Shown: positions 47,967-56,217 of the stretch, piece by piece
Position numbering within the stretch: position 1 is the stretch's first letter
Layout: every line of letters begins with the position of its first letter
NCBI GenBank assembly: GCA_025054695.1
Contig: JANWZI010000003.1
Location: forward strand, 27,698 to 91,697
Length of the DNA stretch: 64,000 bases
Reading direction: 5' to 3'
DNA from: Myxococcota bacterium
GTDB taxonomy: Bacteria > Myxococcota_A > Polyangia > Polyangiales > JANWZI01
Program-made: the position numbers and the translations under genes
Notes under the pieces: generated by a model
Seen by the model: the letters and a program-made list of their open reading frames with translations, nothing else
What the model was told of the DNA's origin: nothing
The model's database searches: none

Positions 47967-48905
47967 ATGAAAAACCACGCATCTCAGAGGACGTATTCCG
48001 CACGGTGGCCGCGCGCCACTGCCTTCGCGCTTGCTCTGGTTCCCGTCGCCTGCGGCGGCGGGCGACAGGCCGCGTGGGAGAGCACACCGACGCGACCGAG
48101 CCGCCCGCCGACGGAGCAGGAGCAGAACGCGCGTCAGACGCTGCTCGCCGAGGCCGAGGCAGCCTGGAACGACCGCTTGCAAGAGCCCCGCATCCGCGAG
48201 GCCATCGACAAGTGGCGCCGAGCCACCGAGATGGACCCGTCGGACTGGGAAACGCTCGCACGACTGTCGCGTGCCTATTATTTCCTGGCCGACGGCCACC
48301 TCTCGTTCGACGAATCGAAGGTCGAGGAGACCAAGCAGACCTTCGAGCTCGGCATCCAGGCTGCGGAGCGCTCGCTGGTCGCCCTCTCCCCAGACTTCGC
48401 CGAGCGCATGCGGGCGGGCGCACGCATCGAAGAAGCGATCTCGGTGCTCGACGCGCGCGCGATCCCGGCTTTGTACTGGCGGTCGACGAACATGGGCAAA
48501 TGGGCTCTGCTCGAGGGATTCGCGACCGTTCTGGCTCACAAAGACGAGGTGCGCGCGATCATGGCGCGGATCCTCGAAATGGATGCGAATTTCTTCTACG
48601 CCGCTGCCCACCGCTACTTCGGGGCGCTGTATGCGCGCTTGCCGGCCTTCGCGGGCGGGGATCTCGAGCGCAGCCGCCAGCACTTCGAGGCCAGCCTGCG
48701 CGCATTCCCGAACTACTTCCCGACGCGGGTGCTGTACGCCGAGTACTACGCGGTCAAGTCTCAGAACCGAGCGCTGTTCACCGAACAGCTGCAGTATGTG
48801 ATCAACGGCGACGTGAACGCGATGCCTGAGGTGGTCCCGGAGAACACAGTGGAACAGCGCCGGGCGCGGGCCCTGCTGGCACGCGCCGACGAGCTGTTTG
48901 AATGA
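47967..48905 (+). CDS. TatT-like TPR lipoprotein (T component of TPR-protein-associated TRAP transporters)
   Basis: ATG 47967 within track ORF 47448..48905. It has a signal/lipobox-like N-terminus (AFALALVPVACGG). The helical TPR body shows the TatT-family pattern (AEAAWNDRLQEPRIREAIDKWRRATEMDPSDWETLARLSRAYYFLAD...YWRSTNMGKWA...NFFYAAAHRYFGALYARLP). Confidence 0.7.
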   Translation: MKNHASQRTYSARWPRATAFALALVPVACGGGRQAAWESTPTRPSRPPTEQEQNARQTLLAEAEAAWNDRLQEPRIREAIDKWRRATEMDPSDWETLARLSRAYYFLADGHLSFDESKVEETKQTFELGIQAAERSLVALSPDFAERMRAGARIEEAISVLDARAIPALYWRSTNMGKWALLEGFATVLAHKDEVRAIMARILEMDANFFYAAAHRYFGALYARLPAFAGGDLERSRQHFEASLRAFPNYFPTRVLYAEYYAVKSQNRALFTEQLQYVINGDVNAMPEVVPENTVEQRRARALLARADELFE

Positions 48906-48948
48906 GTCGGCCGTGGCGCACGTCCGTGCACGACGCAGGAGAGCCGTC

Positions 48949-49983
48949 ATGACGCGCAAACTCGCGTGGACCGTCGGGCTGACCGCTGTGTCCGCTGCCG
49001 CGACCGTGCTCGCGCTGGTCGGCACGCGTCCGGATGCGCACGCCCAGGACGCCATCGAGCTCAAGATCGCGACGGTGGCTCCCGAAGGCACGCCGTGGGA
49101 AAAGCAGCTCCGCAACTTCAAGCGCTACGTCGAGGAGGGCAGCCAGGGGCGGGTCAAGGTCAAGATGTTCATGGGCGGCGCGCTCGGGGGCGAGAAGGCG
49201 CTGGTGCGACGCACGCAGCAGGGCTCGCTGCAGTGCTTCGCCGGATCGACCGGAGCGCTCGGCACCGCCGTCGCCGAGCTCAACGTCATCGAGGCGCCCT
49301 ACCTCTTCTCGTCGTTCGAGCAGGCCGATCGCGCCCTCGATTCCCAAGCCGTCCGGACGGCCGTCGCGTCGGCCGTCCAGCGCGCGGGCTTTCAGTTCGG
49401 ATTCTGGGCCGAGAACGGCTTCCGTTCGTGGTTCACCAAGGAGCGCCCCATCCGCTTGCCCGCGGACATGCGGGGCTTGCGGATGCGCTCGCAGGAAGCG
49501 CTCGTTCACCTCGAGACCTACCGCGCGGTCGGCGCCAGTCCGGTCCCCATCGACGTCACCAACGTGCTCACGAGCCTTCAGACGGGGGTCGTCGACGGGT
49601 TCGACAACTCGCTGCTGTTCGCGTTCGCGGCGAGCTGGTACCAGGGAGCGCGCCAGCTCAACGTGAGCCAGCACAGCTACCAGCCGGGCATCGTGGTCTA
49701 CTCGAAGTCCTGGTTCGACGGTCTGCCGGCCGACGTGAAGCGCATCCTCACGGAGGTGCCGACCGCGATGGTGACCGACGGCCGAGCCGCGGTGCGGCGC
49801 ATGGAGCCGATCCTGCTGCGCAATCTCGAGCGCTACGGCATCCAGGTGCACCAGCCCACGCCCGAGGAACGCGCGCAGTTCGTCCAGGCCACGCGGCAGG
49901 TCGCCGATCGCGTGGCGGGCAAGTCGGGTCGCGGCGGTCGAGAGCTGCTGCGCGCGCTGCGTGCGGGCGCCGCGGGCGGCTGA
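48949..49983 (+). CDS. TRAP transporter substrate-binding protein (DctP family)
   Basis: ATG 48949 within track ORF 48898..49983. It has a signal peptide (LTAVSAAATVLALVGTRPDAHAQ). The DctP-type pattern follows (ELKIATVAPEGTPWEKQLRNFKRYVEEGSQGRVKVKMF...LRMRSQEALVHLETYRAVGASPVPIDVTNVLTSLQTGVVDG). Confidence 0.85.
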   Translation: MTRKLAWTVGLTAVSAAATVLALVGTRPDAHAQDAIELKIATVAPEGTPWEKQLRNFKRYVEEGSQGRVKVKMFMGGALGGEKALVRRTQQGSLQCFAGSTGALGTAVAELNVIEAPYLFSSFEQADRALDSQAVRTAVASAVQRAGFQFGFWAENGFRSWFTKERPIRLPADMRGLRMRSQEALVHLETYRAVGASPVPIDVTNVLTSLQTGVVDGFDNSLLFAFAASWYQGARQLNVSQHSYQPGIVVYSKSWFDGLPADVKRILTEVPTAMVTDGRAAVRRMEPILLRNLERYGIQVHQPTPEERAQFVQATRQVADRVAGKSGRGGRELLRALRAGAAGG

Positions 49984-51991
49984 TCGCGGCCACTCCGGAG
50001 CCGCGGGAATCGCTCCGAACCGCGCCGGCCCGCCTCGTCACTGGCTCATCGCATCGGCGGTCCTGCTCGCCGTCGGGGGGCTCGACGCGTGCCGTGCGAG
50101 CGGACAGCCCGCGGCGTTCCGCGCGGTGTGGATCGCGCCCGACACGATCCGCGTGGACGGATGGCTGCGTGACTCGAGTCGCGTCCGGTTCGTCGAGGTC
50201 GGCGACGGCGACGACGCTTCGCTGCGCATCGCTTTCGGACACGATCGGACGGGCCTTTTCATCGCCGCGTCGGTTCGCGACGAGCGGGTCGTGCGCGTGC
50301 CGCGGGCGGGCCTCGTGCACGACGGGGTCCACGTCGTGCTCGTGCGCCCGCGATCCGAGGGTGCCGAAGGCGCCGGGCCCCCGCAGACCGCCCTTCGCTT
50401 GTGGTTGCTTCCCGGCATCCCAGGACGCGTGCCATCCGAAGCCCTGCTCGGCGACGTGAATGGACACGCGGCGCGCCCCGTCGGCGGCGCGCGTCTCGTC
50501 GAGGGCCCTCGCGCGGACGGAACGGGCTACGAGCTGGAGGCTCACGTCCCGTTCTCGGCGCTGGGAATCGAAGACCTCGAGGGCCTGCACGCCACGATCG
50601 GCTTGCGCGACGTCGACGTCGAGGCCCGGCCGGTCGTCGAACGCGAGCTGTGGATCACGCGCCCCGATCCCTCGAGGCCGCAGAGCCTTCCGCGTCTGTG
50701 GGTGGAGGGCGGCCGGATGCACCGCCTCCGCGATCTGCTGCGGTCACGTGGCATCGACGTCGAGGAGCCCGATCGTCGGCTCCGAGCCGACCTGACCGGA
50801 GACGGGCGAGCCGAGGAGGTGTACCTCGCCGATCGCATCGTCGCCGTGCCGCGCGGCGGTGCGGAGGATGCGTTCCACTACTTCGAGCTCCCGGTGGCTT
50901 CCGGGGCCGACGTTCGATCGATCGAAGCGACGGATCTGACCGGCGACGGCGCCTCGGAGCTCGTCGTCGTCATCCGACAGCACGGGCGTGGGGGAAGCCG
51001 GGAGCTGTGGCAGGTGCTCGGCCTCTCCGCCGACGGGCTACGCCCGAGATGGACGGTCGAAACGGGGCGCCAGCTCCCGACGGGCGAACGATTCGGCGCG
51101 ATCGTTCGCGTGCGCCGCCAGACCACGGGACCCCCGCTCCTCGACGTCCAGGCCGTCGTCGATGGCCCCAGGCCGCGCGTCGGCTCGCAGCCCGCCGTCG
51201 AGCCCGGCATCGAGCCAATGCCCTTGCCCTGGGGGCCCGTCATCGCCCGAACCTATCGGTGGAACGGCCAGCGTTTCGCACCCGTTGCCGAGCGGCGAGC
51301 GAGCGCCACCGAGCCGCACGCGCCCGCCCCCGTGCAGGCCGAACGAACCTCCGACGCGCCCCCGAGCGCCGAGCCGTTTTCGGTCGACCGGATGCTCGAA
51401 ACCTTCCGCCGGCAGCTTCCCGTCGCGGCGTCCGAGCCGGCGCGTTGGGCACGACGCGCGAACGTCGCGGTGGACTCGACGCCGGAACACCTGCTCGTCG
51501 TCGGGCGCTTCCTGCTCGTTCTCGGTCCCGCCTTCCGAGGTGGCACGGGATGATTGCACCACGAGCTGCCCGTGAGCGACGCGCGAGACGTCCGCGAGAT
51601 GCGCACGGCCGACCTCGATGCCGACGGGCGTCACGAGATCGCCGTCCGTCTCGCGCAGCGCCTCTCGCTCCCCGGCGACATCTCGGGATCCGTCGCGCGC
51701 GAGCTTCTCGTCGTCTACGCGGTCACCGAGGACGGGGTGCGCCGATGCGGCGCGGTGGAAGTCGCGATCGCTCGAGCCGACGCGTCGGTGCGGGCCGAGG
51801 TGCGCTGGCCGCGCGCGCGTGGCGGTCCCCTCGAGGTGCGCGCCGGTCCCGTCACGGGCTGGGACGCTCGCAGCTGGCCATTCTCCGAGCGGAACATTCG
51901 GGACGAGGTCCATCCCATCCCGCTACCCTGGCGGGAACCTGCGCTTCTGCGTCTGACGGTGCGTGATGGGCGTCTCGTACACGCACGGTGA
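49961..51991 (+). pseudogene. Secreted CBM9-like plus FG-GAP/VCBS-like repeat protein interrupted by an in-frame TGA at 51551..51553
   Basis: Track ORFs 49961..51553 and 51554..51991 are in the same frame, separated only by TGA. The third repeat unit spans the stop: HYFELPVASGADVRSIEATDLTGDGASELVVV versus (TGA)LHHELPVSDARDVREMRTADLDADGRHEIAVR. Confidence 0.55.
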
Positions 51992-52045
51992 GCGACGAGC
52001 ACCGCCGTCGAAGGTGAAAACGACGGATCCCAGCCACGACGGCAG

Positions 52046-52765
52046 TCAACAGAAACCCTCGCATCGCTCGCCACCGCACCAGCAGGGCAGGGTGCACCAG
52101 TTCGAGAAACCGGGACAGCATCGCTGGCCCCTGCCACCGCAAGCGACGCACGTGCCTCGGTCGCAGACTGCACCCAGGTCACAGCGCCACTCATCGCAAC
52201 ACGCGAGCCCCGGACGCCCGCACTCGGGTGGCGGCGGGGGCGGTGTCGAGCACGTTCCTCCCATACACGTCGCCGGCGACACACACGGCGGACAGCACGC
52301 GCCGGGCGGACAGACGCACGAGCCCGATTCGCAGCGCCTCCCGTCCGTGCAGGGGGGGCAGCAGGCGCCGTCGGGACAGCGGCAGTACCCCTCGATACAG
52401 ACGCGGCCATCCGTGCAGGGCGGGTCGCACGCCCGGGCTTCACACCGCCCCCCGAGACAGACGTGCGCGGGCCCGCACGGCGGACAACAAGCCCCCTCGG
52501 GACAGACGCAGCGGCCTTCGTAGCAGAACGCGCCCTCGTCGCAGGGATCGACGCAGCCGTCCGGCTCGTCGCGCCCCGCATCGTCCGCGCCGGAGTCCTC
52601 GCCACCATCATCGAGGTGCCACGGCCCGTCTGCGCGGCCGGGCTCGTCGCTCGATGCGTCGATGCCCATTCCTGGACGTCCCGCTGTCCCGTGTCGATCG
52701 ACGAAGCAGCCCTCCGCCGTCACCCCGAGCACGCAGGCGACGCGCGCAATCGAGCGGAGTCGCAC
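52046..52765 (-). CDS. Secreted cysteine-rich repeat protein
   Basis: GTG 52765 within track ORF 52046..53185. It has a signal/lipobox-like N-terminus (VRLRSIARVACVLGVTAEGC) and an acidic linker. Three tandem repeats follow: C[DT][DE]G..C..G.C.CP.GACCPPC. The tail is knot-like, with about 17 Cys in 60 aa. Confidence 0.7.
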   Translation of the reverse strand: MRLRSIARVACVLGVTAEGCFVDRHGTAGRPGMGIDASSDEPGRADGPWHLDDGGEDSGADDAGRDEPDGCVDPCDEGAFCYEGRCVCPEGACCPPCGPAHVCLGGRCEARACDPPCTDGRVCIEGYCRCPDGACCPPCTDGRRCESGSCVCPPGACCPPCVSPATCMGGTCSTPPPPPPECGRPGLACCDEWRCDLGAVCDRGTCVACGGRGQRCCPGFSNWCTLPCWCGGERCEGFC

Positions 52766-52888
52766 CGCACCATTGTGCGAGCCGTGGCGGCCGCTCTCAA
52801 CACCGACGTCGTCCGTCGCGAGGCACGCCTTCGTCGACGAGCACCATCGGCGCCGATCCCGTGGGTGGACGCTGCCGCGAAAAAGGGG

Positions 52889-53006
<118 letters not shown>

Positions 53007-53049
53007 ATTTCGGGAAGTCGGATCCCCGTTACGATCACCCTCCAAAGTG

Positions 53050-53934
53050 ATGGACCGGTCGGTGCCCGGTTCGGCGAGCCTGCGGCGAATGCGCGAGGCG
53101 CTGCGCGGCGGCGCGGACCTCGCGACGGCGACGGGGCTCGTGCTTCCACCAGGCCCGCGCTGCCCCGCGCGCGCGCGATGGGCATCGTCCGGACTGGCGG
53201 TCGATGCGTGCGAGATCGTCGCCTTCGAGCTGGGACTCAAACCCGTCGTGTTCCTCGTCGTCGATGCGTGGGAGCTGCCCCGGTGGCGCGCGCGCCTCGC
53301 GACCGCGCACTGCGTCGTCGATCCACGCCCCGACGGCCGCTTCGGGTTCTTCGCCGCGCGGCAGCCAGAGCTCGCGGAGGAAGCGGCCGCGCTGCAACGG
53401 GAAGATCCGACACGCCACGTACGCCGACTCGGCATCCTGATGGGTTACCCGCCGTGCTGTATCGAGGCGTTCGCCGCGCAGGACGATCGCGGGGACGATG
53501 CGCGCAACCGATATGCGTGCGCCGCACGGACGAGGGGACCGGCACCATGGCCCTGGCCGCTGTGCGACGCCGCGCTCCGGCTCGTACCGTTTTTCCCCTG
53601 TCGCTACGACTGCGCGGCCGCCCTCACATTCGCCCACCACGTGCTCGCGGAGCTCGAAATCCGTGAACCCGGGACGACGGAGCGGCTCCGAGCGCGCCTG
53701 GAGCGAGCGATCTTCTTCGTCGACGAGGGGATCGCGCTCGGGGTGGGTCCCGACGACTGCCTGATCGTGGCCACTCGTTCCATCGTCGGTCTCGAAACAC
53801 TGGGCGCGACGCTCGCTTGCGCCGACCGGATCCGAGACGAGGGCGACACCCTCGTGGGCTGGCGTGGTCCCGATCGCATCTTCGCGATCCCGCGCTGCGC
53901 GCCACGACTCGGCCTGTGCCTGCCGTTTCGTTGA
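53050..53934 (+). CDS. Hypothetical protein with a GYPPCC motif
   Basis: ATG 53050 within track ORF 52228..53934, 294 aa. The motif LGILMGYPPCCIEAF and later Cys pairs (FFPCRYDC) remind me of the DUF483-type GYPxCC proteins. That is recollection only and has not been verified. Confidence 0.5.
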   Translation: MDRSVPGSASLRRMREALRGGADLATATGLVLPPGPRCPARARWASSGLAVDACEIVAFELGLKPVVFLVVDAWELPRWRARLATAHCVVDPRPDGRFGFFAARQPELAEEAAALQREDPTRHVRRLGILMGYPPCCIEAFAAQDDRGDDARNRYACAARTRGPAPWPWPLCDAALRLVPFFPCRYDCAAALTFAHHVLAELEIREPGTTERLRARLERAIFFVDEGIALGVGPDDCLIVATRSIVGLETLGATLACADRIRDEGDTLVGWRGPDRIFAIPRCAPRLGLCLPFR

Positions 53935-54038
53935 TCGGCCCGACGCAGCGGAAACGGTAGTCCCGGGGCGCTCGATGGGCATCGCATGCGGAGCGCGCTC
54001 GCGCCGCGGCGCCCCCATCATGGACGCTCCGAGGTCCC

Positions 54039-54533
54039 ATGACGCAAACTCCGCCGCGACCCGTGGGTGGCGGCGGCCTGATCCTGAGCCTGTACGTCCT
54101 GTGCGGCCTGCTCGTCGCGCTCCTCTTCGGAATCGGAGCGATCCTGTACGCCGTGGGCAAGAGGCGAGACCGTCGACGCAAAGGAAAAGACGGTCGACGC
54201 GTCGCATCGGACGGCGGTGAAACGCGGCCGCCGGAGCGCCGAGCGCGACGAACCGCGTCTCGCCGGATCCCTCGCTCGGTCGACGCGGGTGGGGGTTCGC
54301 GCCCGCGACGGAGCCCGATCCCGTGTCCGAGCCCGAATCGGCGCCCGACACCGAGACCGAGGCCGACGCCGAGCCCGAGCCCGATTCCCGAACCGGAGCC
54401 CCGGCGCGAAATCGGCGCCGACGGAGCGTGTCGTCAGGCCGCCGGCCGCTGTAGCGGCGCCTCGAGCCTCGCCCAGTCGATCACTCCGTCGTCGACGAGA
54501 TTCTCGAACTGGAGGATCCCCAGCGCGTCGTAG
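54039..54533 (+). CDS. Possible small membrane protein (N-terminal TM helix, very basic tail); 3' end doubtful
   Basis: Track ORF, 164 aa. AGG lies 4 nt upstream of the ATG. The first 40 codons have high third-position GC and encode GGGGLILSLYVLCGLLVALLFGIGAILYAV followed by KRRDRRRKGK. The ORF then reads through repeat R13 and overlaps the convergent diiron gene by 100 nt, which argues against the full-length call. Confidence 0.3.
   Translation: MTQTPPRPVGGGGLILSLYVLCGLLVALLFGIGAILYAVGKRRDRRRKGKDGRRVASDGGETRPPERRARRTASRRIPRSVDAGGGSRPRRSPIPCPSPNRRPTPRPRPTPSPSPIPEPEPRREIGADGACRQAAGRCSGASSLAQSITPSSTRFSNWRIPSAS
54311..54400 (-). repeat. Hexamer-periodic intergenic repeat array R13
   Basis: The + strand reads CCGAGC/CCGATC/CCGACA/CCGAGA units just downstream of the diiron gene stop (54434). 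It lies inside the low-confidence ORF 54039..54533. Confidence 0.75.
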
Positions 54534-55522
54534 AGCGGACGTACGGAGTCGGTGAGCAGACCGATGCGCGACAGGTTGGGGACGATGCGCTGGAACAACA
54601 TGCGGCGGAACTCCTCCATCACGTGCGATTCGAGCAGGATCCGGCGGCCCTCCTCGACGTTCCAGCCGAATCGTTCGAGCACCTCGGTGGCCACGAGCCG
54701 CTCGCGCATCACGACGCAGGCCTCGTACGCGAAGCGCGCGCGGGCCTCGACTTCGTCGCGCGGCAGACCCCGCACGAACGACTCCATGTAGGTGACTCCG
54801 AACGCGACGTGCCGGCTCTCGTCGCGGGTGACCAGCTCGATGATCCGGTGCAGCAAGGGATCGAGCGTCACCATCCGCAAGGTCTGGAATGCGGACAGCG
54901 CCAGTCCTTCGATGATGATCTGCATCCCGATGAATTTCAGATCCCAGCGCGGATCGGTGAGGATCTTGTCGAGCAGCACCTTGAGGTGCGGGTTGACGGG
55001 GTAGAGGATTCCGACCTTTTCACGCAGGTAACGCCCGAACGCCTCGACGTGACGGGCCTCGTCGAAGGTCTGCGATGCCGCGTAGAGCTTGGCCTCGTGC
55101 GTAGGGGCGCACGAGACGAGCTGGCTCGCGACCAGGAGCGCGCCCTGCTCACCGTGCAGGAACTGCGACAGCGTCCAGGCGTGCTGGTGCCAGGCGAATG
55201 CCAGCTTCTCCTCCTCGGACATCCGCTCGAACGGCTCGTAGCCCACGAAGGGGTTGAAGACCTCGGCGATGGGAGCCTGGGTCCGCGGCCAGCTCGATGC
55301 CCAGTCCAGATCGAGCGCGGCGTTCCACCCGAGTTGCTTGCCGAGCTCGTACAGCCGCCGGATCTTGCGGTCGGCATCCTCGTAGCTCCACGCGTACGCG
55401 CCGGTCAGCGGGGTTCTGAAGATCTCCGCGATGCGCTCGACGACGTCTCGAGCCGGGTCGGACACGGGCACGAGCCCCTCGATCACCTCACGCGGTGGCT
55501 GGTCGACGAAACGCAGGGTCAT
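54434..55522 (-). CDS. Ferritin-like diiron-carboxylate protein (AurF/desaturase-like four-helix bundle; putative oxygenase)
   Basis: ATG 55522, preceded by GGAGGA, within track ORF 54434..55600. It shows the ligand pattern E...ExxH...E...ExxH (LHGEQGAL, FDEARHVEAF, IIIEGLAL, TRDESRHVAF). Confidence 0.75.
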   Translation of the reverse strand: MTLRFVDQPPREVIEGLVPVSDPARDVVERIAEIFRTPLTGAYAWSYEDADRKIRRLYELGKQLGWNAALDLDWASSWPRTQAPIAEVFNPFVGYEPFERMSEEEKLAFAWHQHAWTLSQFLHGEQGALLVASQLVSCAPTHEAKLYAASQTFDEARHVEAFGRYLREKVGILYPVNPHLKVLLDKILTDPRWDLKFIGMQIIIEGLALSAFQTLRMVTLDPLLHRIIELVTRDESRHVAFGVTYMESFVRGLPRDEVEARARFAYEACVVMRERLVATEVLERFGWNVEEGRRILLESHVMEEFRRMLFQRIVPNLSRIGLLTDSVRPLYDALGILQFENLVDDGVIDWARLEAPLQRPAA

Positions 55523-55923
55523 CGGCGTCCTCCGGGCATTCACCAGATGGTGAACCATCCTTGCACCAAAAGGTCTCGAAATCAAGCCGACCATAACCAC
55601 TACCGTTCACCTGAAGGCACGGCGTTGCGCGCCAGGACGGCGGGACCACCACGCAGCGTGCGAAAACTGACGCCCGACGGATCCCAGCGACACACCCACG
55701 ACTCGGAGACGGCGCCGGTTCGTGGGGACTTCGAGCGGAAGGCCGTTGGCCCGGCAATTGCGCTTGCACCCCCCGTGCGCCCCGGTGCGATTGCGACTCG
55801 ATGCCCGCGCGTGGCCGGCTTGACACTCCGACGACATGCTTGTAACGTCCGCCGTCCGCCCTTGGAGCGGTATCGAGCTCGGCGCAAGCTCGGCGCGGAG
55901 CGTCGTCGGGAGAGCAAAGCGGC

Positions 55924-56070
55924 ATGTACGTGTTCATGGCGAGACGTGGCGGCAAGCCCGACCGCAAGAAGTCGAGTCGGTACCGCGCGAAGCTGCGCGC
56001 GAAGAACCGACGGCGCGTCAACCGGATGGCCGGTCGGCCGCTCGGTCGTCGCGTGCGTCGCACCAGGTGA
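55924..56070 (+). CDS. Possible 48-aa highly basic micro-protein (MYVFMARRGGKPDRKKSSRYRAKLRAKNRRRVNRMAGRPLGRRVRRTR)
   Basis: Below the track length cut-off; found by hand. GGGAGAG lies 9 nt upstream of ATG 55924, there is a second in-frame ATG at 55936, and the TGA is at 56068. Third-position GC is high. It sits alone in a 0.7 kb gap. Confidence 0.3.
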   Translation: MYVFMARRGGKPDRKKSSRYRAKLRAKNRRRVNRMAGRPLGRRVRRTR

Positions 56071-56118
56071 ACAAGGCGGGCGTACCCGTGGAGCTCGCGC
56101 CCGATCACGCCTCGCGGA

Positions 56119-56134
56119 TGGCAAGCACGCTGCT
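56119..56134 (+). promoter_or_regulatory. Weak sigma54-like -24/-12 candidate upstream of the Cys-rich lipoprotein gene
   Basis: TGGCAA-GCACG-CTGCT has the correct GG-N10-GC spacing, about 85 nt upstream of ATG 56218. It deviates from the consensus at 2 positions. Confidence 0.3.
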
Positions 56135-56217
56135 GCGGGGCCTGCGGGCACGATTGGTTTTCGGCGGCGAGAACGCTCGCCGCGCACGGTTGGGTGCAGT
56201 GCGTGGAGGATGAAACG

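Noticed and set aside
51551-51553. In-frame TGA as a selenocysteine codon.
   Set aside because: I see no stem-loop resembling a bacterial SECIS immediately downstream. The aligned repeat position is aromatic rather than Cys. The protein is an exported repeat protein, not a redox enzyme. A nonsense mutation or a sequencing error is more parsimonious.
51963-52523. ORF 51963..52523 + (Gly/Gln/Pro repeats) and 52191..52430 - overlapping the Cys-rich repeat gene.
   Set aside because: They are antisense or out-of-frame images of the tandem Cys-rich repeats. The minus-strand frame ending at 52046 has a signal peptide, a regular Cys spacing and a clean stop, and so explains the periodicity.
55616-55628. 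Sigma54-like motif GGCAC-GGCG-TTGC on the + strand in the large gap upstream of the small basic ORF.
   Set aside because: The spacer is one nucleotide short (GG-N9-GC instead of GG-N10-GC). Sigma54 promoters are very intolerant of spacing changes.
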